Source of the DNA: a virus
Lineage: Duplodnaviria; Caudoviricetes
Virus record (IMG/VR): IMGVR_UViG_3300044728_000092
Location: 1-37,924 of that record
DNA length: 37,924 nt
Reading direction: 5' to 3' (one strand)
Shown here: piece after piece, positions 6,661 through 14,841 of the stretch
Position numbering within the stretch: position 1 is the first letter of the stretch
Layout of the letters: each line of letters begins with the position of its first letter
The notes under the pieces: model-generated
What the model was told of the DNA's origin: nothing
Seen by the model: only the letters and a program-made list of their open reading frames with translations
Database searches by the model: none
Translations under genes and position numbers: made by a program

Positions 6661-8985
6661 ATGGCTGACGACAAGACACCCGCGCCGACAGAAGAAGACA
6701 CGAGGCACGACGACCTCGAATATAACCCGGCAGTCGAGCCGAAGAAGGCCAAGGCTTGGTTGAACCTGCTCGAAGAGAGCGAGGACGCCTTCGAGCGCTG
6801 GCACGATCACTGCGACAAGATCGACAAGCAGTTCGCCAGCCTCGAGCGCTTGGCCGGCACGGCGCGCGATAAAGAATTTCAAATGTTCTGGGCCAACGCC
6901 GAGGTGATCAAGCCCGCCATCTATGCCAAGGCGCCGGTGCCGGTTGTGGTGCCAAAATTCAAGGATCGCCGCCCGGTTTATCAGGCCGCATCGGAGGTGA
7001 TGGAGAGGTGCGCTACCGTCGCGTTCGATCTCGCGTATATCAACGATCTCATGATGCAGGTACGGGACGACGTCGCGCTCATCGGCCGCGGCGTTGCGTG
7101 GTGCCGTTATGAAAGTGGCAAGGGCGACAGTTATTACGATCATGAGAAGGTGTGCGTGGATTTTAAGCATAGGCGTGATTTTCTACATTCTGTTTCACGC
7201 TGCTGGTATGAAGTGACGTGGGTTGCCGCTGCCAGTTATTTGACCCGCGCCGAGGCGCGCGAGCGGTTTTATAAATACTCGGGCGACTGCTACCAGGACG
7301 CCGAATATGCCGTCGACAAGGACGCGCAGGCGGTCGGCGGCGCGGACAATCGCGAGCGCGCGAAGTTCTGGGAGATTTGGCACAAGGGCGAGCGCCGCGT
7401 GGTGTGGGTGGCGTGCGGCTGCGAGGACATCCTTGACGAGGCTGATCCGCATCTTGACCTGCAGGGGTTTTTCCCCTGCCCGAAGCCAGCCTACGGGACA
7501 TGCCAGCGCGGCTCGCTCGTGCCGGTGCCCGACATCATGCAATATAAGGATCAGCTCGAAGAGGTGAACCTGCTCACCTCGCGCATTCACGCGCTGAGCG
7601 ACGCATTGGAGGTGAAAGGGTTTTACCCGGCCGGCGGTGGTGAACTGGCCGATGCCATTCAGGCCGCGATCAGCATCAAAACACCGGGGCGCGTGCTCGT
7701 TCCGATCAGTAATTGGGCGGCGTTCGGGGGCAGCAAAGAAGTCATCGTCTGGCTGCCGATCGACCAGATCGCGACCACGATCACGGCCGTCGTCGCGCTG
7801 CGCAAGCAAGTCATCGACGACATTTACCAAATAATGGGGCTGTCCGACATCATGCGCGGCGCCACCGATCCGGGCGAGACGCTCGGCGCGCAGCAGCTCA
7901 AGACGCAGTACGGCTCGACGCGCATCCGCGACAAGCAGTACGAGTTGGCACGCATCGCGCGCGATCTCGTGTGCATCATCTCCGAAATTATCTGCGAGAA
8001 GTTCGACCCAGTGACAATCATCGAGATGTCGCAGACGCAATTGCCGACGCAGGAGATGCAGCGGCAGAAGGTTGGGCAACTGCACCAGCAGATGATGATG
8101 GGGCAGCAACAAGTGCAGCAGGCAGCCCAGTCGCCGCAAGGCCAGCAAATGATGCAAGCCCAACCCGAGCAGGCGCAGCAGCTCATGCAGCAGGCTCAAG
8201 CCGAGCAGCAGCGCCTGCAGAGCGAGATATCGGCAGCGATGAATGAGACGACGATCGAGCAGGTGCTGACGTTCTTCAAGAACAACCGCGCCCGCTCGTT
8301 CGTGCTCGATATAGAAACTGACAGCACGATTTTATCCGATGAGAATGCTGAAAAAGAGCGCCGCGCGGAGTTCTTGCAGGTGCTCGCGCCCGTGCTGCAG
8401 CAACTCGCGCAGATGGTGCAGCTCGACCCCGGCAAGGCCGAGTTCGCCGGCGAGATCCTGAAGTTTGCCGTGGCGCCGTTCCGCGTCGGGCGCTCGCTCG
8501 ATGGCTCCATTGACGAGATGGTCGAGCAGACCAAGCAGCTCGCGGCGGGCGGGCGGCCGGACGATCCGACCACGGCGACGAACAAGGTCGCGTTGCAGAT
8601 CGAACAGCTCAAGCAGAAGACGCAAACCGAGAAGAACCAAGCCGAGCTTCAGCTCAAGGCGCAAGAGCTACAAATGAAGGATCAGCACGAGAAGATGAAG
8701 ATTGCGTCAAACGAGAAAATCAAGGCGGCCGAGCTGATGGCCAAGCAGGGCGACGACGCCGCCAAGGTGCAGACGGCCAATCAGAAGCAGATGCACGACC
8801 GCGAGAAGCACCAAATGGACCTCATCGGCAAGCAGGCGGACATGCAGGCGGACGCACGCAAGATGCAGATGATGGAGGCCGCTCAGATCGCCAAGCAGAA
8901 CGACCTCGCTGCGCGGGCGAGCGAGCGGCAGGCCGCGCAGCAATTCAAGCAGTCTCAGCCACAAGGCGGTTTCATGCCAACGTAG
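6661..8985 (+). CDS. Portal protein (podovirus type, long helical C-terminus)
   Basis: 774 aa, located after the terminase, AAGGAG RBS. FFPCPKP and IYQIMGLSDIMRG motifs; Q/K/E-rich C-terminal barrel-like region. Confidence 0.85.
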   Translation: MADDKTPAPTEEDTRHDDLEYNPAVEPKKAKAWLNLLEESEDAFERWHDHCDKIDKQFASLERLAGTARDKEFQMFWANAEVIKPAIYAKAPVPVVVPKFKDRRPVYQAASEVMERCATVAFDLAYINDLMMQVRDDVALIGRGVAWCRYESGKGDSYYDHEKVCVDFKHRRDFLHSVSRCWYEVTWVAAASYLTRAEARERFYKYSGDCYQDAEYAVDKDAQAVGGADNRERAKFWEIWHKGERRVVWVACGCEDILDEADPHLDLQGFFPCPKPAYGTCQRGSLVPVPDIMQYKDQLEEVNLLTSRIHALSDALEVKGFYPAGGGELADAIQAAISIKTPGRVLVPISNWAAFGGSKEVIVWLPIDQIATTITAVVALRKQVIDDIYQIMGLSDIMRGATDPGETLGAQQLKTQYGSTRIRDKQYELARIARDLVCIISEIICEKFDPVTIIEMSQTQLPTQEMQRQKVGQLHQQMMMGQQQVQQAAQSPQGQQMMQAQPEQAQQLMQQAQAEQQRLQSEISAAMNETTIEQVLTFFKNNRARSFVLDIETDSTILSDENAEKERRAEFLQVLAPVLQQLAQMVQLDPGKAEFAGEILKFAVAPFRVGRSLDGSIDEMVEQTKQLAAGGRPDDPTTATNKVALQIEQLKQKTQTEKNQAELQLKAQELQMKDQHEKMKIASNEKIKAAELMAKQGDDAAKVQTANQKQMHDREKHQMDLIGKQADMQADARKMQMMEAAQIAKQNDLAARASERQAAQQFKQSQPQGGFMPT

Positions 8986-9000
8986 GACGGGGCCGGTGCT

Positions 9001-9174
9001 ATGAGTCTTTACGGTCATACATTTTCTGCTCTGACGCAGTTTTGCTGGTGTTGCGGCGCAGCACTTGCCGAGGTTATGGACTGCGAAACAGTTTGGGCTT
9101 GTGGCTCGCCGCCGAAGCCGCGCTGTTCTAGGAGGCAGCCGCGAGGGGTAATTGCGGAGCTCGGTGGAGAGTAA
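9001..9174 (+). CDS. Small Cys-rich protein (not in ORF track)
   Basis: MSLYGHTFSALTQFCWCCGAALAEVMDC...GGE*, 57 aa, fills the gap after the portal gene. Confidence 0.4.
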   Translation: MSLYGHTFSALTQFCWCCGAALAEVMDCETVWACGSPPKPRCSRRQPRGVIAELGGE

Positions 9175-9178
9175 AAAC

Positions 9179-9466
9179 ATGGCTGGTCCGGTGGAAGAGG
9201 CTGGCAAAGTAGCTTCCGGCTTGGTGACAGCCATGGGCTCGAACCCCGTGCTGCTGGGACTTGTCATCGTGATATTGTCGCTGATCGCCATGCTGTTCTT
9301 CTCGCTTCGCACCGCCTCCGATGCCCGCAAGAATGAGCTGGAGCTAATCTTCACGGCGCAGAAGAACGTGCAGGACATCTTGTCGCGATGTATCGTTCAG
9401 CCGTCGCAGCGCGGAGCCCTTGAGCTTATCCCGCTGCCACCACTTCCAAGGAGGTTGTCACCATGA
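9179..9466 (+). CDS. Single-TM membrane protein, candidate holin
   Basis: GGAGAG RBS; TM PVLLGLVIVILSLIAMLFFSL; directly upstream of the endolysin. Confidence 0.6.
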   Translation: MAGPVEEAGKVASGLVTAMGSNPVLLGLVIVILSLIAMLFFSLRTASDARKNELELIFTAQKNVQDILSRCIVQPSQRGALELIPLPPLPRRLSP

Positions 9467-9485
9467 TCTGCACCGTGAGGGCGCG

Positions 9486-10451
9486 ATGAAAATTTCCGGT
9501 AAGGTGTCTCATTTCGGCGGGCCTGGCGACAGTGGCGTGTCGCCCTCCGAGGGGCTCGCCTTCATCTACAAGGTCGAGGACGCGCCGCATCTGTTCCTGC
9601 CGGCGCAGCCGCCCGGCACGACGGGGCTGGCGCGAAGGCTCGACCCGGCAAAATTCTATCTCGCCTGCCGCTGGGACTATAACGCGGAGTCCACGTCGAA
9701 GACCGAGTTGCTCAAGCACACCGCTTTGGTCCGCGCGCCGAAGACCGGCCTTGAGTTTGAGGTCTACCCTGCGGATTGGGGGCCGCACTCGGATACCGGC
9801 AGGGTCGCCGACATTTCGCCTGGCCTTATGGAGGCGCTCGGCATCACGACTGACGACACCGTCGAGGTGCTTTATCCCTACAAAGCGCAGGAGGAGGACG
9901 GCGCCGCCGCCGTGGCCTACGGCAGCATCGTCATCTCATCCGGACATGGCAAATATGTGCGCGGCGCTTCGGGCGTGCTCGACGAGGTCGACGAAGCCCG
10001 CCGTGTGACGGATCGGCTCGCCGGGATATTGCAAGAGCGCGGCGTGAAGGTGAAGACCTTTCATGACGACACCAGCCGCGATCAGAATACCAATTTGAAA
10101 ACAATCGTGAACTATCACAACGCGCAAACGCGAGACCTCGATATCAGCGTGCACTTCAACGCCTACGTTGAGACAGATAATTCGATGGGTGTCGAGGTGC
10201 TCTACGTTACGCAAAGCGCGCTCGCTGACGATTTATCGGCAAGCATCGCGGCATGCGGCTTCACCGACCGTGGCGGCAAGAAGCGCACCGATCTGTTTTT
10301 CTTGAACAACACCAAAATGCCGGCGGTGCTAATCGAGGTCTGTTTCGTGGACAGCACGGCCGACGCCAAACTTTATCGCGAGCAATTCGAGGCGGTCTGC
10401 AAAGCCATCGCCGGCGAGCTTGCGGCCACAAATGGCGCGAGAGTATCTTGA
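9486..10451 (+). CDS. Endolysin: N-terminal DPBB/RlpA-like domain plus N-acetylmuramoyl-L-alanine amidase (Amidase_3)
   Basis: Zn-ligand/catalytic motifs SSGHG, DEVDE, SVHFNA and LIEVCF. N-terminal GKVSHFGG..D and GRVADISPGLMEALG resemble RlpA/DPBB. Confidence 0.85.
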   Translation: MKISGKVSHFGGPGDSGVSPSEGLAFIYKVEDAPHLFLPAQPPGTTGLARRLDPAKFYLACRWDYNAESTSKTELLKHTALVRAPKTGLEFEVYPADWGPHSDTGRVADISPGLMEALGITTDDTVEVLYPYKAQEEDGAAAVAYGSIVISSGHGKYVRGASGVLDEVDEARRVTDRLAGILQERGVKVKTFHDDTSRDQNTNLKTIVNYHNAQTRDLDISVHFNAYVETDNSMGVEVLYVTQSALADDLSASIAACGFTDRGGKKRTDLFFLNNTKMPAVLIEVCFVDSTADAKLYREQFEAVCKAIAGELAATNGARVS

Positions 10452-10507
10452 AAGCCCGCGAAAGTACGACTGCGCACGACAACCACCAACCAAAGGAGAC
10501 TAATGCA

Positions 10508-10978
10508 ATGCCTTACGTACAAGGATACTTTATCCCAATGCCGGGAACACCGGGCTCGCCTGAGCATCCGATCGCGCCCCCGATCGATCCCGTCGATCCC
10601 GGCTGGGGCGTCAGCGGCGAGCATCCCTCGCACCCGATCGTATTGCCATCGCCACCGCCCGGCGTCTGGCCGCCGCCGGTGCCGGCGCACCCGATCGTGC
10701 CAGTGCCACCCGGCAGACCGGAGCAGCCAATTGCGCTGCCGCCTGGCATGATCTGGCCGCCGGTCGGGCATCCTTCGCACCCGATCGCTGGGCCGCCCGG
10801 TAGACCAACGCATCCGATCGAACAGCCGGACCCTGGCCTGCCGGCGCACCCGATCGTATTGCCACCGCAGACGTTTGTCGTGCTGGCTGGCATCCCAGGC
10901 TACGGCTGGCGCTACGTGGTGGTTGATCCGTCGCTGACGCCCGGAACGCTTCCCTCGGAGACGCCGGAGCCGAAGTGA
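10508..10978 (+). CDS. Proline-rich repeat protein (PxHPI repeats)
   Basis: AAAGGAG RBS; seven P[SAET][HQ]PI units; C-terminal VVLAGIPGYGWRYVVV. Confidence 0.8.
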   Translation: MPYVQGYFIPMPGTPGSPEHPIAPPIDPVDPGWGVSGEHPSHPIVLPSPPPGVWPPPVPAHPIVPVPPGRPEQPIALPPGMIWPPVGHPSHPIAGPPGRPTHPIEQPDPGLPAHPIVLPPQTFVVLAGIPGYGWRYVVVDPSLTPGTLPSETPEPK

Positions 10979-10996
10979 CGGACGGGGCCTGAAGCC

Positions 10997-11275
10997 ATGA
11001 GCAAGCTATCGGAACTGTTCGCGCAAGACCGCTATAACCAGCTTGCCGCAGACGCCGGCCTATACGACATTGGCAGGCGGCCGTACGGGCCGCCTGCGCC
11101 GCTGCCGCTGCCGGAATCCGATTACAGGGACTTCATGGATGCGACGCACGCGATCGGGTCGCTGGCCAACCCCGAGCGTTTCATGGACGCCATGGCGCAG
11201 CGGCCGATGTCGAGAAATATCGAGAATCGGGTTCCGGCGGCGGCGCCATTCAAGGGGCGTTCCAGAGGTTTTTGA
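10997..11275 (+). CDS. Hypothetical protein
   Basis: 92-aa ORF co-oriented within the late operon. Confidence 0.55.
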   Translation: MSKLSELFAQDRYNQLAADAGLYDIGRRPYGPPAPLPLPESDYRDFMDATHAIGSLANPERFMDAMAQRPMSRNIENRVPAAAPFKGRSRGF

Positions 11276-11356
11276 TGGCTGGTGACGACTGGCTGATGGG
11301 CGCGCTCGCCGCGCAAGACCAATATGCACAGTAACCAGAATGGGAGTTAGAACACC

Positions 11357-12286
11357 ATGGCCCAATCCGCGCTGACCGTGACGCCGCCGAACCCCACACC
11401 GCCGACCAACATGTCCTCTACGGGCACGACGGCGCCTAACCCGCCGAACTACAGGCGGAACACCTACGACAATGTGTTCAACCTCGATGCCAACAAGGCG
11501 CCGCAGTCGCCCTACGGCGTGAACCCGAACCCGCCGCCGTATTTCGATGACGCCGCGGGCGGCGTGGCGCTCTCAGGCCCCGGCACGGGTGCGGTTCTAC
11601 CCGCCTTCAAGACCAACACGGCGGCGCTGACGGCAGGCACCAGTGCCAACGACACCGCAGGCCCCGCGCTCAGTGTGGCGGCGACCGGCGCCGGCGGAAC
11701 GGGCGTGCACAGCACAGTCGGCACATATCCGGGCACTGGGACACTGCTCACCGATGTGTCCGACGCCGGGCCGGTGCCAGCGAGCACCAGCGTTGCGCAC
11801 GAGGGCGCCGGCACCGAAGTGGTGGTGCAGAAGATCTACGGCGCAACTGCGAACGACTATAACCCGAATACGTTCCTGCCGTACTCCGGCACGGGCGGCG
11901 GCATCGCGGGCGCGGTGGCCGGCACCTGGCAGATGGTGACGGCGTCCACCGGGCCAGCGCTCCCAGCTCCGTCCGTCGGCGCGGGACCGGTCGCGCCGAA
12001 CCAGACACACGCATCGAGCCTCTCGCCCACGACTAACCCGACACTCACGACCGCCGGCCCGTCGACGGCATCCGGCACCGGCACCGCCACGGTGACTGCG
12101 ACCGGCGTCGGCTTCACGCCGCAATCGGTCATCTGGGTGAACGGCATTCCCTATGCGACAACGTATGTGTCGAGCACGTCGCTCACGGCAGTGGCGCCCA
12201 AGCGGGCGACGGCCGGCACGCTGCCGGTCAATGTTATCACCGGCGGCGTTGTCACCACGGCGTCGCAGAATTGGACCTTTACGTAA
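11357..12286 (+). CDS. Thr/Gly/Ala/Pro-rich virion protein with C-terminal IPT/TIG Ig-like domain
   Basis: TVTATGVGFTPQSVIWVNG...TTYVSSTSLTA...AGTLPVNV is an IPT/TIG pattern; GGGAG RBS. Confidence 0.75.
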   Translation: MAQSALTVTPPNPTPPTNMSSTGTTAPNPPNYRRNTYDNVFNLDANKAPQSPYGVNPNPPPYFDDAAGGVALSGPGTGAVLPAFKTNTAALTAGTSANDTAGPALSVAATGAGGTGVHSTVGTYPGTGTLLTDVSDAGPVPASTSVAHEGAGTEVVVQKIYGATANDYNPNTFLPYSGTGGGIAGAVAGTWQMVTASTGPALPAPSVGAGPVAPNQTHASSLSPTTNPTLTTAGPSTASGTGTATVTATGVGFTPQSVIWVNGIPYATTYVSSTSLTAVAPKRATAGTLPVNVITGGVVTTASQNWTFT

Positions 12287-12457
12287 GCGGCCGTACTTAA
12301 TATCCCGTTCAACAAGGGGCATACGATGCCGAGACTCAAAACGAGCACTAAGTCTGCCGCCCTTGTTTCACAAAAGAAGCCGAAGCCTAAGCCTGAGCCT
12401 GCCGACGTTGATAACCGGAAGACTGTTCCTCAAGAGAAGGCAACAAAAGGAGACACG

Positions 12458-12970
12458 ATGATGTGGTTTATTGCGCAAGGCTACCCCTACCATGGCGGCC
12501 ATCCCGACCAGGGCCTTCCAGGCGCACCGCCATACCCCAGCCAGGGCCTTCCGGGGCAGCCGCCATATCCCAGCCAGGGCTTGCCGTGGGCACCCGGCCA
12601 TCCCGATCAGGGCTTGCCAGGGCAGCCCCCGCGTCCCGATCAGGGCCTCCCGGGCCAGCCGCCTTACCCCAGCCAGGGCCTGCCTGGACAGCCGCCCCGC
12701 CCCGACCAAGGTTTGCCTGGGCTGCCAGGGTATCCGAGCCAGGGCTTGCCTGGTGCACCGCCTTACCCCAGCCAGGGACTCCCGGGCACACCGGGCCATC
12801 CCGACCAGGGACTGCCTGGGCAGCCCACGACTAAGCCGGCCCCGATTCCGGGCTTGGAGTGGGTTTATGTGTTCGTCCCGGGCCAAGGCTGGGCCTGGGC
12901 CGCGCAGCCGCCCGCGCGGCCGGATCAGGGCTTGCCGACTCCGCCAGCAAAGCCTGAGCCTAAGAAATAA
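12458..12970 (+). CDS. Proline-rich 11-aa tandem repeat protein (P[DS]QGLPG)
   Basis: Ten tandem [HYR]P[DS]QGLPxxPx units, AAGGAG RBS and C-terminal WVYVFVPGQGWAWA. An upstream in-frame ATG at 12326 is also possible. Confidence 0.8.
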   Translation: MMWFIAQGYPYHGGHPDQGLPGAPPYPSQGLPGQPPYPSQGLPWAPGHPDQGLPGQPPRPDQGLPGQPPYPSQGLPGQPPRPDQGLPGLPGYPSQGLPGAPPYPSQGLPGTPGHPDQGLPGQPTTKPAPIPGLEWVYVFVPGQGWAWAAQPPARPDQGLPTPPAKPEPKK

Positions 12971-12975
12971 CGCGG

Positions 12976-13010
12976 ATGGGCGGGCGCAAAATCCCATTGC
13001 GCCCGCCCGT
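12976..13010 (+). terminator. Strong intergenic hairpin
   Basis: ATGGGCGGGCGCAA-AATCCCA-TTGCGCCCGCCCGT; no clear U tract. Confidence 0.5.
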
Positions 13011-13036
13011 TCAAACCATTCAAGATGGAGGGTTCC

Positions 13037-13198
13037 ATGGCGCCTACATCGATCAACGAGCCTCTGACTCCTGCCCTTGAGGAGGGGGCTCCCATCGAGC
13101 AGCCGGAACAGCCGCAGCAGCAGCCCGTCTATGTGTTCGTGCCCGGCACCGGCTGGACCTGGGCATTAAAGCCCGAGCAGCAGCCCGCTGGGGGCTGA
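13037..13198 (+). CDS. 53-aa protein with VYVFVPGxGW motif (not in ORF track)
   Basis: GGAGG RBS; MAPTSINEPL...PVYVFVPGTGWTWALKPEQQPAGG*; ends 1 nt before the next ATG. Confidence 0.75.
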   Translation: MAPTSINEPLTPALEEGAPIEQPEQPQQQPVYVFVPGTGWTWALKPEQQPAGG

Positions 13199-13199
13199 C

Positions 13200-13937
13200 A
13201 TGGCATTGGCCGTGGTTAGCGTAGCGAGGAGCGGCTTGCCGGTGGTCGAGGCCACTACCGGCCTGCCGGTCACCGAGGCCGCCAACGCGCGCGGCATTGC
13301 GGTGACGAAGGTCGCCGATCGCGGGCTGCCGGTGGTGTTCGTGACCACGGCCGGCGTTCCGGTGCCGAATCCATTCACGAATCTCAATCCTGCCGACCAG
13401 TTCGGCATGACGCTGAGCAACAAAAACCTCACGGCGACCGCCTCGGGGCTGGCCGGCGTGCGGTCGGTGCAGAGTTTCGGGGCCGGCAGGTATTACTGGG
13501 AATACAGGTTCGACGTCCTCACAAGTGCTGGGATTAGTGCCGGCATGGCCACGGCCGCGGCCGACTTGACGGTCGCTCTTTTGGGCGCTGGAACGGTGCA
13601 TGTGCGGCGGGCGGGCGGCCTCTTCGTCGACAATATCAGTTCCGGCCTCGGCATTGGGTTGCGCGCTGCCGGCAGCATTGTCGCGGTTGCCGTCAACCTG
13701 GTGTCGCAAACGATCTGGTTTCGCGAGGTGTCCCCCACCATGGGCGACTGGAACGGCATTCCGGGGGCCGATCCGGCAGCGGGGACATCCGGCCTGAGCA
13801 TCTCCACCCTGGGGCTGCCGTTGTTTGCCGCGATCGGGGGCGGCCTCGCGGGCGAGCGCGCCACCGCGAATTTTGGCGCCACGGCATTCGCCGGCGTGGC
13901 GCCGTTCAACTTCACGGCTGGGCTTCCCGCGGGATAG
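13200..13937 (+). CDS. Virion-associated protein with SPRY/B30.2-like beta-sandwich
   Basis: NPAD...TLSNKNLTAT...VRSVQSFGAGRYYWEY...VAVAVNLVSQTIWFR...ANFGATAF...P.GF-like ending. N-terminal GLPVVEAT/GLPVTEAA repeats. Confidence 0.7.
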   Translation: MALAVVSVARSGLPVVEATTGLPVTEAANARGIAVTKVADRGLPVVFVTTAGVPVPNPFTNLNPADQFGMTLSNKNLTATASGLAGVRSVQSFGAGRYYWEYRFDVLTSAGISAGMATAAADLTVALLGAGTVHVRRAGGLFVDNISSGLGIGLRAAGSIVAVAVNLVSQTIWFREVSPTMGDWNGIPGADPAAGTSGLSISTLGLPLFAAIGGGLAGERATANFGATAFAGVAPFNFTAGLPAG

Positions 13938-13946
13938 GGCCGTGAC

Positions 13947-14282
13947 ATGAGCGACCAGCGATTGGATTTGATCGAGGTGTCGCCCGGGCTCTGGCGGATA
14001 CGGAGAGACGTGCCGCAGCCCGCGCGCTCCGACTTGCCGCTGCCGAACGTGATCAGCGACACGATGCCGCCAACGGAGCAGGTCGATGGGAAATTCTACG
14101 AGAGCAAGGCCAAATTCCGCGCGGTCGGCCGCAGCCTCGGGCTCACCGAAGTCGGGACCGAGCGGCCAAAGCCGAGGAGGCGTCATGTCGAAACCCGCGA
14201 AACGAAAGTCGAGCGGCGGCGGACGCTCGAACGGGTCCTCGCGGAGTACAGGCAAGGCCGAAGAGCGCGAAGGCCCGCATGA
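13947..14282 (+). CDS. Conserved-looking phage hypothetical protein
   Basis: PNVISDTMPPTEQVDGKFYESKAKFRA...GLTEVGTE, basic C-terminus; co-oriented. Confidence 0.7.
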   Translation: MSDQRLDLIEVSPGLWRIRRDVPQPARSDLPLPNVISDTMPPTEQVDGKFYESKAKFRAVGRSLGLTEVGTERPKPRRRHVETRETKVERRRTLERVLAEYRQGRRARRPA

Positions 14283-14458
14283 GCGGCGGGTGCGAATGCT
14301 GGCAGAGGCCGTGATGTCGGAGGCTTATCGGCGTAACGGGCCGCCGACGCGAGAGGAAGTCAAGGCGGTGATGGACGACCAGCAGTGGATGGAGGCTTGG
14401 TATGCCGAGTACGCGCGCGAAGCTTAAACGTTCGCGAGCCAAGTGTGATGCGCTCGCC

Positions 14459-14593
14459 ATGGATCATCCGCCCCTTGACGAGTTGCTTTATCTGATAGAG
14501 CCGTTGTTGCGCGCTGGTATAAATCTGCAGACGGCATATGCCATAGCTGTACTGCTCCGACCAACCACGGATAGGAAAGCTAATTTGCCATAG
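14459..14593 (+). CDS. Small hypothetical protein
   Basis: MDHPPLDELLYLIEPLLRAGINLQTAYAIAVLLRP...; weak RBS. Confidence 0.35.
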   Translation: MDHPPLDELLYLIEPLLRAGINLQTAYAIAVLLRPTTDRKANLP

Positions 14594-14615
14594 GAATGCC
14601 ATCCAAAGGTTTTGA

Positions 14616-14780
14616 ATGCCATCCAAAAGTCTGGCCCAGAAACGCTTCATGCAGGCGGTTGCCCACTCCAAGGAGTTCGCCGACAAGGTTGACGTGCCGC
14701 AGTCTGTCGGCAAAGAGTTTGCCCGCGCCGACAAACGCCGTGACAAGATCGCGCGCGCGATGCTAGTGCGCCAGCGCTAA
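14616..14780 (+). CDS. 54-aa basic phage protein (not in ORF track)
   Basis: MPSKSLAQKRFMQAVAHSKEFADKVDVPQSVGKEFARADKRRDKIARAMLVRQR*. It resembles a small-protein pattern I recall from phage head modules. Confidence 0.7.
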   Translation: MPSKSLAQKRFMQAVAHSKEFADKVDVPQSVGKEFARADKRRDKIARAMLVRQR

Positions 14781-14841
14781 AGCTGCTGGTGAAAACTCTC
14801 CTGACGATCCACCGCCGGTTCAATGCCGGCCAGGAGAGCAT

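Noticed and set aside
8040-8230. Gln/Met-rich tract in the portal as an intein or inserted element
   Set aside because: No intein terminal motifs; low-complexity Q-rich loops are common in such portals.
12458-12970. Collagen-like protein
   Set aside because: The period is 11 aa and Gly is not at every third residue.
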